Shown here: positions 6,833 through 14,914 of the stretch, piece after piece
How the letters are laid out: every line of letters starts with the position of its first letter
How positions within the stretch are numbered: position 1 is the stretch's first letter
DNA from: Fidelibacterota bacterium
Lineage (GTDB): Bacteria > Fidelibacterota > Fidelibacteria > Fidelibacterales > DSDE01
Length of the DNA stretch: 20,052 nucleotides
Reading direction: 5' to 3'
Assembly: GCA_046735395.1 (NCBI GenBank)
Contig: JBJKQR010000060.1
Coordinates: 1-20,052 of the forward strand
Notes under the pieces: generated by a model
Databases searched by the model: none
Told to the model about the DNA's origin: nothing
Seen by the model: only the letters and a program-made list of their open reading frames with translations
Made by a program: the position numbers and the translations under genes

Positions 6833-9535
6833 ATGAAACGCATTTTCAAAACACGTGTATTCGGGCTTCTCCTTCTGGCCTGCGCTGCTACAGCCTTTGC
6901 ACAGGATGACGGCCAGGCACCGACCATCATGCCGGTGGATCCGTCCGAAACCTATTATGCAGGAAACAGCATTACGCTTTCAGCTGTTGTAATGGACCAG
7001 TCCCCTCTGAAACGGGTTCTCTTATTCTATAAATTCAGCAGCGGGCGTGATGGCGGATATACGTCCATCCCCATGATTCTGGATGTTGATTATTCCGCAG
7101 AGATTCCATTCAATGAAGTTCTGCCGGGAAATCTTTCCTACTATTTTCTCGCTGAAGATATTTATGGAAATCAGAGTACCTGGCCCATAAACGGAGACCG
7201 GGAATCGGGTGTGCTGAACATCCTGGCATCCGCTCCCAGCGGCCGGCTTCAGAACAGTAAACTGGCCATAAATCTGGTGAATCCTGAGAACGGAAGCAGC
7301 ATCACGGATGGAAATCAGATACTCGTTCTTTCCATCTTTGATCCTGACAAATTGGTTCAGGTCGATGACCTTCATGTTCTCATTGATGACGAGGATGTAA
7401 CAGCAAAATCCATTCTCTCCACCGAAATGATCACCTTCGTACCACAGAAGAAATTTGTACCCGGAGAACACAATGTAGTGTTGAAGATTATTCAGAACGG
7501 GACCGGTCTCTATACATCCAATTTCAATTTTACCGTTATCAAACCCGGTTCTCAGCAGGCAAAGGCGGAACTGGGCCCCAGAAAAGCTTCATTGAAGGAG
7601 AAACTCAATCTGAAAATGAACCTGGGTGTTGATTCGGATTTTGATCAGTTTTCCGGGAAGGAACAGCCGGATAACCGGCCGCTGGATACGCATAAGCTGA
7701 GCGCCAGCGTCAAATCCCGTATCTGGAAAATCAAGTTCAATGCCTCCGCCCTGCTGAACACTCATATCCTTGATGATCATGCCGTTGAGCTGGACAAACG
7801 CCGTCAGCCTCTGGACCGGCTCAAGGTGGATATGCGCTCTCCCCTGCTTGATGTCATGTATGGAGATTATTCACCGGAATTTACGGAACTGACGCTGAAA
7901 GGCACCCGTGTCCGGGGCCTGTCCTCCCAATTCAGATTGCCGCTATGGGTTTTCGGACAGTTCAATGCATCCTATGTCAAAGGTGAAAGCAAGCAATTCA
8001 TTGCGCCCATTCTAAATAGGTCTGACATAGATTCCACTCAGATGATACCCATCATAGAAAACGGGGATACGACCTTTATCGATTATACAAAGGGAACGCC
8101 TGCCCGGCAGTTGGAAGGTGCCCGGGCCGAACTGGACCTGTTTCGGCATCTGCGCATCGGTGTCGGCGGCTTTCGGGCCTATGATGAGTATACCACACTG
8201 AATGCGGGGCATGAAGAGCTGAATACAAAATACACATTTCTGGGAAACGCGGTAGCCGGTACGGACCTGACACTGCATTTTAACCACGACCGGACGGTCC
8301 TGCATGGTGAACTGGCACTCTCAGCCGTTAATGATGTGATGGCTGACGATTCCATTCTGATCAACGTGGCCGGACTGGATCCTAAAACTCTCGATGAAGC
8401 CTCCAAATACCTTGGATTCAACCTCACCGACGATCTGGCTCTCGGATCCGCCGAAGGACGCGGCCTGTCCATTCCCTTTCCTAATATGGATAGCCTGAAT
8501 GCGGTGGATTTCGTTCTCAATGACGTCATCCGGAACGGCACCTACCGTCTGGAATTTATGACGCCGCTGAATCTGTACATTGCCAAGCTTGACGTGAATG
8601 CTGAATACAAGCGTGTACCGGCGAATTATGTTTCTCTCGGCAACGCATCCATCCAGACAGATATCCAGAGCCTGAAGACCAATGCCCGGGCCCGTTTCCT
8701 GAAAAATATGCTCACCGTCAATGGCGGTTACGAAAGCAAATTTGATAATGTAGCCGGAAACACCAAGCCCCAGACGACGAACACACTGACAACCATGTCG
8801 GGAGTCGGTCTGAATATTCCTCACCTGCCTTCGGTCAGCTATTCCATGCGTATTATGGACAGAAGCGGGTCACCGGCTGAAGGGCAGGCCGCCGATGCAA
8901 ATCTGATTCTGAATGACAATGAAACAGTAACCCAGACGATTACGCCTTCCTACCGATTTTCTCTCTTCAAAACTGATTTCAATTTCAGCGGAAATCTCAT
9001 GCGCATGAGCTATGCAGACAAGAACAGCAATGAGATTACGAATAATGATTTCATTACGGAGAGTTATCTGGGAACCGGCTCCATTACCCTGCCCTCTGAT
9101 GTGGGCATCACGGTGGGTGTGGGAAAATCCCAGACGACTCCGGATGATCCCAATCAGAGCATGACCGTATTCGATATTTACAGCGGAAAACTGTCCTTCA
9201 AGAGTTTCGAACGGAAAATGAACAGTTTTATCGGATTCAATCTGGTTAGCGGATTCAAGGATAAGAATGGCGTCTGGGATAACGGAGAATTGTATACCGA
9301 TTTACCGGATTCCTACGGCGAATACAATAACAGCTGGAATACCGGTGAACCGTTCACGGATGCCGTTGAGATTCAGAACAGTAAATTCACACTGAAGCTG
9401 GGTACGCAGTACAAGATCAATCGGCAGACAAGTCTGGGACTGACTCTGGATCATGTAACGGTACAGGATGCCATCGATCCGTCAAAGGATTATCAGGAAC
9501 TCAGGATCAAATTCAAACTGAAAATCGCTCTGTAA
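6833..9535 (+). CDS. Probable outer-membrane beta-barrel protein with two N-terminal Ig-like domains (uncharacterised)
   Basis: RBS AGGAG. Signal peptide ending AFA|Q. Ig-like segments: APTI..ITLSAVVMD..VLLFYK..YSAEIP..YYFLAED.YGN and LVNPENGS..HVLIDDEDVT..GEHNV. From about aa 260 there are many amphipathic strands (GDYSPEFTELTLKGTRVRG, AEYKRVPANYVSLGN, LTVNGGYESKFDN, FTLKLGTQYKIN). The C-terminal strand YQELRIKFKLKIAL alternates hydrophobic residues. Confidence 0.7.
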   Translation: MKRIFKTRVFGLLLLACAATAFAQDDGQAPTIMPVDPSETYYAGNSITLSAVVMDQSPLKRVLLFYKFSSGRDGGYTSIPMILDVDYSAEIPFNEVLPGNLSYYFLAEDIYGNQSTWPINGDRESGVLNILASAPSGRLQNSKLAINLVNPENGSSITDGNQILVLSIFDPDKLVQVDDLHVLIDDEDVTAKSILSTEMITFVPQKKFVPGEHNVVLKIIQNGTGLYTSNFNFTVIKPGSQQAKAELGPRKASLKEKLNLKMNLGVDSDFDQFSGKEQPDNRPLDTHKLSASVKSRIWKIKFNASALLNTHILDDHAVELDKRRQPLDRLKVDMRSPLLDVMYGDYSPEFTELTLKGTRVRGLSSQFRLPLWVFGQFNASYVKGESKQFIAPILNRSDIDSTQMIPIIENGDTTFIDYTKGTPARQLEGARAELDLFRHLRIGVGGFRAYDEYTTLNAGHEELNTKYTFLGNAVAGTDLTLHFNHDRTVLHGELALSAVNDVMADDSILINVAGLDPKTLDEASKYLGFNLTDDLALGSAEGRGLSIPFPNMDSLNAVDFVLNDVIRNGTYRLEFMTPLNLYIAKLDVNAEYKRVPANYVSLGNASIQTDIQSLKTNARARFLKNMLTVNGGYESKFDNVAGNTKPQTTNTLTTMSGVGLNIPHLPSVSYSMRIMDRSGSPAEGQAADANLILNDNETVTQTITPSYRFSLFKTDFNFSGNLMRMSYADKNSNEITNNDFITESYLGTGSITLPSDVGITVGVGKSQTTPDDPNQSMTVFDIYSGKLSFKSFERKMNSFIGFNLVSGFKDKNGVWDNGELYTDLPDSYGEYNNSWNTGEPFTDAVEIQNSKFTLKLGTQYKINRQTSLGLTLDHVTVQDAIDPSKDYQELRIKFKLKIAL

Positions 9536-9552
9536 AAGTACTGGCATATACT

Positions 9553-9580
9553 AAAAAAGGGGGCAATCGCCCCCTTTTTT
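9553..9580. terminator. Bidirectional rho-independent terminator
   Basis: AAAAAA-GGGGGC-AATC-GCCCCC-TTTTTT is a perfect 12-bp inverted repeat with a GC stem and U tracts on both strands, between convergent stops at 9535 and 9598. Confidence 0.95.
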
Positions 9581-9597
9581 ATTTTTTGTATCTTTTC

Positions 9598-10686
9598 TCA
9601 GTCTTCGTAAAAATATGCGAACTGATTCAGGGCATTCAGATCCTTGAAGGCTTCCAGAAGACGGGCGGTAAATCCCTGTTCGGCCTTGGCTACCCAGGCC
9701 CGGGGATCATAGTATTTTTTGTTGGGTTTGTCGTCCCCTTCCGGATTGCCGATCTGTCCGTGCAGGTATCCATCCTTTGAATCCATATACTCCTTTACGG
9801 GGTGCGTATAGGCCCACTGCGTGTCCGTATCAATATTCATCTTGATTACGCCGTAGCCGATGGCTTCCTCGATCTTTTCCTTCTCGGATCCGCTCCCGCC
9901 GTGAAAAACGAAGAGTACAGGTTTTTCAGCTGTATTTTCCTTTTTCTGAATATAATCCTGTGAATTTTTCAGAATCACCGGATTCAGTTTCACGTTGCCG
10001 GGTTTGTAGACACCGTGCGTATTTCCGAAACTGGCTGCTATCGTGAATTTTCCGGTATTTTTCAATTCGGAATAGGCGTAATGCACATGCTCCGGCTGCG
10101 TATACAGACGGGAATTATCGATATCGCTGTTATCCACGCCATCTTCTTCACCCCCAGTGATACCCAGCTCAAATTCCAGAAGCATGTCCATCTTGCTCAT
10201 TCTGGACAGGTAGGATTTACACAGGGAAATATTATCTTCCAGCGTTTCCTCGCTCAGATCCAGCATATGGGATGAGAAAAGCGGTTTCCCATGAGATTTG
10301 AAATGTGCTTCATTGGCATCCAGAAGCCCGTCAATCCAGGGCAGAAGTTTCTTTGCAGCATGGTCGGTATGCAGGATAACCGGTACACCGTAGGCTTTGG
10401 CCATATGATCCACATGATAGGCACCGGCTACGGCACCGGCTACGGCAGCCTTCTGGCCGTCGTTATTCAGAAATTTGCCGGCATTGAAATGAGCACCGCC
10501 ATTTGAGAACTGAATCATGATGATACTTTTTGCATCCTTAGCAGCCTGCAGTGCTGCATTGATGGAACTGCTTCCGATCACATTCACCGCCGGAAATGCG
10601 AACTTATTTGCCTTCGCATATTCCAGAACTTCGATGAGCTTGTCCCCGGTCAGGATTCCCGGTTCCAGGACAGGTTTTGCTGACAT
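9598..10686 (-). CDS. fbaA: Class II (metal-dependent) fructose-bisphosphate aldolase, E. coli FbaA-like
   Basis: Motifs PAVNV, QFSNGGA, HTDH, SSHMLDLSE, ELGITGGEEDGVDN, FGNTHGVYKPGNV, VFHGGSGS, KMNIDTDTQ and PNKKYYDPR. Start moved to the ATG at 10686 (MSAKP), which follows RBS GGGAGA and lies 1 nt after the pfp stop. Confidence 0.97.
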   Translation of the reverse strand: MSAKPVLEPGILTGDKLIEVLEYAKANKFAFPAVNVIGSSSINAALQAAKDAKSIIMIQFSNGGAHFNAGKFLNNDGQKAAVAGAVAGAYHVDHMAKAYGVPVILHTDHAAKKLLPWIDGLLDANEAHFKSHGKPLFSSHMLDLSEETLEDNISLCKSYLSRMSKMDMLLEFELGITGGEEDGVDNSDIDNSRLYTQPEHVHYAYSELKNTGKFTIAASFGNTHGVYKPGNVKLNPVILKNSQDYIQKKENTAEKPVLFVFHGGSGSEKEKIEEAIGYGVIKMNIDTDTQWAYTHPVKEYMDSKDGYLHGQIGNPEGDDKPNKKYYDPRAWVAKAEQGFTARLLEAFKDLNALNQFAYFYED

Positions 10687-10687
10687 A

Positions 10688-12328
10688 TTATTCTCCCTTT
10701 TCGTTTTCAAGGATTAAAGTTATGGTTTTTGTATCAGAAATACTCGCCGGGCCGAAATACTGTATAGGGCCCGGATAAATATAGCAGGTATCCGCTTCCC
10801 ATTCCGGCCGGTTTTTCATCAATTCCTTCATGGGCGCTCCGTCCAGATCCACCAGGGCCTTGCGGATGACCGGTTTCATCTCTCCGTGTCGTTTTTCCAG
10901 ATTCATCATGGAGACAATGGGAATTCCCATGGGTATCCAATGATCCGCGTCTTCACTGAGATTGGTGAGCGCGGCCATGTACCCGCTCTTTCCATTGGCA
11001 AGCAGAATGGCCGCCGTAAAGCCAAGCCCATATCCGTAATCGGAGTCAAAATTTGAGGGAGCGGCGCAGCGTCCTTCGTAGCCGAAGAAATGATTCAGAG
11101 CGGAAAATTTCACATCTGATCTCACGCGGTCAATATATTCGGCAGTCATTTCGATAAGCAGTTTTTCCGTTTCAATGCGGCTCACCTGCACATTTCCGTG
11201 CGGATCCCGGTCCAGAACCAGCTGATCCGCGATATGACGCGGCAGGGAAAAGAGCACATGAGCAGATTCGGAATCCAGATGCTTACGCAGCCATTCGAAT
11301 TTTGTCTCGCTGCTGCTGACCATCTGCCACTCTTCCTGATGATGGGACAGAATATCGTTAAGTTCGGAAATGAGTGATTTCATTTCCGGGACAAATTCAA
11401 TGATGCCTTCCGGAATCACAACCAGTCCATAGTTGAGTCCCCGGTCAGCCCGGGCAATGACACGGTCACCGATATAGGAAATCACCTGTGCCAACGTCAT
11501 TTTTTTCTGTTCCACCTCCTCGGAGACCAGGGTGATATTTGCTCGGGTTGCCAGTCCGCATTCCAGCGCGATATGTGACGCGGACCGTCCCATCACTTTG
11601 ATGAAATGCCAGTATTTCCGGGCGCTGTCCGCATCCCGTGCAATATTTCCGATCAGTTCGGAGTAGACCTTCGTGGCCGTATCGAACCCGAAGGAAGTCT
11701 CGATGTATGAATTCTTCAGATCACCGTCAATTGTTTTCGGGCAGCCTACCACCTTGATAGATGACTTTTTACTGAGCAGGTGTTCCGCCAGCATGGCAGC
11801 ATTTGTATTGCTGTCATCACCTCCGATAATCACCAGTCCGTTGACTCCCATTTCCTCCAGAATAGCCCGTGATTTTTCAAACTGTTCATAGCTTTCCAGT
11901 TTTGTGCGGCCGGATCCTATCATGTCGAAACCGCCCGTATTCCGGTATTCGGAGATTCGATTTTCGTCGAGTTCAATGTATTTCTTCTCGAGCAATCCTG
12001 ACGGACCTCCTGAAAATCCCAGCAGAGTATTGTCCTTATTCAGATCTTTCAGCGCATCAAACAGGCCTGCAATCACATTATGTCCGCCTGGAGCCTGGCC
12101 ACCGGACAGAATCACACCGACACGGAGCGTGTTCTCGATGTCCAATTTATGGTCAGATACGTCCTGCAGTGTCAGGTCCTTGCTGAAGGGCAGCAGAGCC
12201 GCAACATCGGGTAGTACCGTCCCGTTTTTCTTTTTTGAGGGTGTAACAGTGAGCGCAGCGCCATTTTCAAATACTTTCGGGCGCTTGGGCTGATACTCGT
12301 GGCGCAAGGCCTGCAATTCAGAAATCAC
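10688..12328 (-). CDS. pfp: Pyrophosphate-dependent phosphofructokinase (long clade)
   Basis: Motifs SGGQAPGGHNVI, YRNTGGFD, GGDDSNTN (Asp typical of PPi specificity), PKTIDGDL, MGRSASHI and FFGYEGR. GTG start with AAGGAG RBS. Confidence 0.96.
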   Translation of the reverse strand: MISELQALRHEYQPKRPKVFENGAALTVTPSKKKNGTVLPDVAALLPFSKDLTLQDVSDHKLDIENTLRVGVILSGGQAPGGHNVIAGLFDALKDLNKDNTLLGFSGGPSGLLEKKYIELDENRISEYRNTGGFDMIGSGRTKLESYEQFEKSRAILEEMGVNGLVIIGGDDSNTNAAMLAEHLLSKKSSIKVVGCPKTIDGDLKNSYIETSFGFDTATKVYSELIGNIARDADSARKYWHFIKVMGRSASHIALECGLATRANITLVSEEVEQKKMTLAQVISYIGDRVIARADRGLNYGLVVIPEGIIEFVPEMKSLISELNDILSHHQEEWQMVSSSETKFEWLRKHLDSESAHVLFSLPRHIADQLVLDRDPHGNVQVSRIETEKLLIEMTAEYIDRVRSDVKFSALNHFFGYEGRCAAPSNFDSDYGYGLGFTAAILLANGKSGYMAALTNLSEDADHWIPMGIPIVSMMNLEKRHGEMKPVIRKALVDLDGAPMKELMKNRPEWEADTCYIYPGPIQYFGPASISDTKTITLILENEKGE

Positions 12329-12358
12329 GTCGATGTTTCTCCTTGTATTGTTTGCGAA

Positions 12359-14131
12359 TTAATTCGCTAAGATATATCCGTAAGAGGCAAGTGTCAGTGT
12401 CAGGCTGTCTGAGCTGCTGTGCTCATCCGAAAAGAGGATCTGATTCACGGGGGGCATGGGAATGGCATGGGTATATTCGCTCAGATTTGCAATGATGGTG
12501 GTGTATTTCCCCGCATTTCCGATACGCACGGCGAAAATATCGCGTCCGGCTTCTATACGTGTCAGTTCCAGGCCACCGTTCTTATCCGCAACCGGTTTCC
12601 TGTACAGGCATTTTGAAAGAATCTCCCTGAATTGACGGTCCTGCCGTCTCCAGTTCAGTGCCGTCCGTGCATCCACTTCCTGTTTTGGCGCCCGAAGCAG
12701 TTCCTGCCCTGAATAGATGAGCGGAACACCAGGCAGGACAACATCCAGAAAAGTTGCGGCGTACAAGGCGTCACCAAATACGGTCCAGGCTTTATCCGTA
12801 AATGTATTCTCAATGTAATGGACCGGTGTCGCGGGAAAATTCGCTTCCTGATCAAGTACGGTGAAAAGTGTATCCGGATTATGATTTGCGAAGGCTTCAA
12901 CCATCGCGGAGTAAAAATCGGAGGCCATATTCATATCACAGAGCTCCGAAGCCACCTCCACGGTGGGAAGCGTGTAATCACCGATGATGACGGATTTCCG
13001 CTTCTGGACGCTTAATATCTGCTGTATTTCGGGAACGGCAGCCAGTTCCCAGCTGTTGAGCAGCATATAGCCGCTGAAACCAAAATCCGTAACCCAGTAT
13101 TTCAGATATTCCCTAACGAAGGATTCGGACGCATCTTCCTGCAGATTCAGATATTTGCCATGATTCCCCGCCGACGGATACAGATTGTATTCCGGTGCAT
13201 CACCCAGATACATTTCAGGCGAGTTCTGCGAATAATAATGATCCGGCGCCGTCAGATTCAGCATTGCCTCCAGATAGACCGAGACATGCAGTGAATCCGC
13301 GGCGTCCAGCATACTCTGAAGCTGTTCCTTGCTGCCCTTGTTACTATCCGTACTGAAATGCCGTTTTACCAGATAGGGTGAACACAACCCGGAGTCTGGA
13401 ATATCCGACATGGGATGCATCGGCATGAGGATGAGGCCGTTCGCACCCAGTGCAGTAATATGGTTCAGCCGGTTTTCCAGTCCGTCAAAAGTGCCGTTCT
13501 GCGTAAAATTCCGCAGAAAGACTTTGTAAATCAGGCGCGGAGCGTGGAAATCGGTTCTGGGATAATTGATACTCTGTACAATGCGTCGAACTGCTGCGGT
13601 CTCCTCGACCGATTCGTCATCCTGACTCCTTTTCAGGAGTTTCAGTTTCATAAGCGGGACAGGCCCGTTCAGCGTACGCCGGATAATGAGACAATGTCCG
13701 GCAGGTCCGAGGATATCAAGCTCCGCGGTCGAATCCGTGAACAGAGGTGAAAGCAGTTCCCCGTCGGACCAGGCCAGAATCTGTTCATTGCTGTCACGAC
13801 GGCTGAATTCGAACTGGTACAGCGAATCCCGGGTTCCTGTCTTGAAGGGAATATAATACCATACATAGGGAGCATTCGCATCAGGAATTGAACTGAGCTG
13901 GTCTGCCGGAAAGCGTCTCGGGTCAAACCAGCTTTTCCCCAGTCCTTCCGCATTCATATCTGACAGGGAATTGATAATTTCAATGCTGGAGCCTGGAACT
14001 GCGAAATTATAATCCGGTATATAACCATCCCGATTCCTGTGATGACAGGCTGATACTAACAATACCAGAGCCGTAACAACTACGAAATTCTTTAAGAAAT
14101 CAAATCCTCGGTAATACATTTTCCAATCCAT
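12359..14131 (-). CDS. GH13 (alpha-amylase)-fold lipoprotein, probably catalytically inactive
   Basis: Lipobox VSA-C after a hydrophobic stretch. GH13 framework IYKVFLRNFT..GTFDGL..RLNHI..LG..LILMPMHP, SPY, LPGVPLIYSGQE and a C-terminal beta domain. Conserved regions I-IV are degenerate. Start is at 14131 or 14119, and both overlap the trmB stop. Confidence 0.85.
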   Translation of the reverse strand: MDWKMYYRGFDFLKNFVVVTALVLLVSACHHRNRDGYIPDYNFAVPGSSIEIINSLSDMNAEGLGKSWFDPRRFPADQLSSIPDANAPYVWYYIPFKTGTRDSLYQFEFSRRDSNEQILAWSDGELLSPLFTDSTAELDILGPAGHCLIIRRTLNGPVPLMKLKLLKRSQDDESVEETAAVRRIVQSINYPRTDFHAPRLIYKVFLRNFTQNGTFDGLENRLNHITALGANGLILMPMHPMSDIPDSGLCSPYLVKRHFSTDSNKGSKEQLQSMLDAADSLHVSVYLEAMLNLTAPDHYYSQNSPEMYLGDAPEYNLYPSAGNHGKYLNLQEDASESFVREYLKYWVTDFGFSGYMLLNSWELAAVPEIQQILSVQKRKSVIIGDYTLPTVEVASELCDMNMASDFYSAMVEAFANHNPDTLFTVLDQEANFPATPVHYIENTFTDKAWTVFGDALYAATFLDVVLPGVPLIYSGQELLRAPKQEVDARTALNWRRQDRQFREILSKCLYRKPVADKNGGLELTRIEAGRDIFAVRIGNAGKYTTIIANLSEYTHAIPMPPVNQILFSDEHSSSDSLTLTLASYGYILAN

Positions 14132-14903
14132 TTAACTGTCCATTCATCATTTCGGTAACCTGATACGATACGTCGACTTTCTTTCTCTGAGCATACAGCG
14201 TAAGGTCCAAAATAATATAGTTTAATGCAATGGAAATTATTGCCTGATTGTTGGTCCAGGCCGTAATTGATTCTTTTCTCACATCCGTTCCGCCCATCAG
14301 AACTTCCTTGCGGTCCGTTACCAGAACTATTTTATGATCCCAGTATTGTTCAAGGGTACTTTCTTCGATCTCATAACTGAAGATATCCGCATTTTTCACA
14401 GAAACCGGATTGAAGGTAAAGATGGTCGTGTGAACACCGTTCTTGATCGCCCCCTGAAGGCTTTTCTTCAGCTGATTGATCTCACTTCCCCAGGCAGACA
14501 GGTAAATGGACTCCTTGGCGTTGCGAAGCATATCCCGGGCCTTATCCATGGTATTCTCATAGCCCGAGATATTCCACAGCCCCCCCTCCTGCTTATGTTC
14601 AACGTAATCCGCAAGACTGTTTTCCAGCATGGAAATATTCGATCCGAAATGATTTTTCATCCGGGAAATGAGCTGATCAGGCGGAAGCGGGATGTACTTT
14701 TTCGGTTTATCCTGAATTCCGCTGATCGTACCGGCTTTTTCCAGCTTGCGGAGCACATCATAGATGACAGAGCGCGGTACGCCGCTTTCCTGCGCGATCT
14801 CATAGCCGCTGGCCGGATATTTTTTCAGGAGAGCCAGATAGGACTTGGACTCATACACGGTAAATCCCAGATCCGAGAGCTGCTCTATAATCAGTTTTGG
14901 CAT
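14100..14903 (-). CDS. TrmB-family transcriptional regulator
   Basis: N-terminal wHTH LGFTVYESKSYLALL..SGYEIAQESGVPRSVIYDVLRKL..G, then KYIPLPP and a C-terminal effector-type domain (AKESIYLSAW, IVLVTDRKEVLMG). Confidence 0.93.
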   Translation of the reverse strand: MPKLIIEQLSDLGFTVYESKSYLALLKKYPASGYEIAQESGVPRSVIYDVLRKLEKAGTISGIQDKPKKYIPLPPDQLISRMKNHFGSNISMLENSLADYVEHKQEGGLWNISGYENTMDKARDMLRNAKESIYLSAWGSEINQLKKSLQGAIKNGVHTTIFTFNPVSVKNADIFSYEIEESTLEQYWDHKIVLVTDRKEVLMGGTDVRKESITAWTNNQAIISIALNYIILDLTLYAQRKKVDVSYQVTEMMNGQLNGLENVLPRI

Positions 14904-14914
14904 AATTTAGATAT

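Noticed and set aside
6872..6883. LLAC as a lipobox in the barrel protein
   Set aside because: Leu at -2 is non-canonical, and a typical signal peptidase I site (AFA|Q) follows.
5643..9535. Canonical FecI/FecR/FecA iron-uptake signalling locus
   Set aside because: There is no ECF sigma in the window, the FecR protein lacks its cytoplasmic domain, and I see no plug, STN or TonB-box motifs in the barrel and no evident Fur box.
10687..10710. TTG start of fbaA at 10710
   Set aside because: It overlaps pfp, whereas the ATG at 10686 has a good RBS and follows the pfp stop directly.
12359..14131. GH13 gene as a pseudogene
   Set aside because: There are no frameshifts or internal stops, and the lipobox and structural motifs are intact, so it is treated as a pseudo-enzyme instead.
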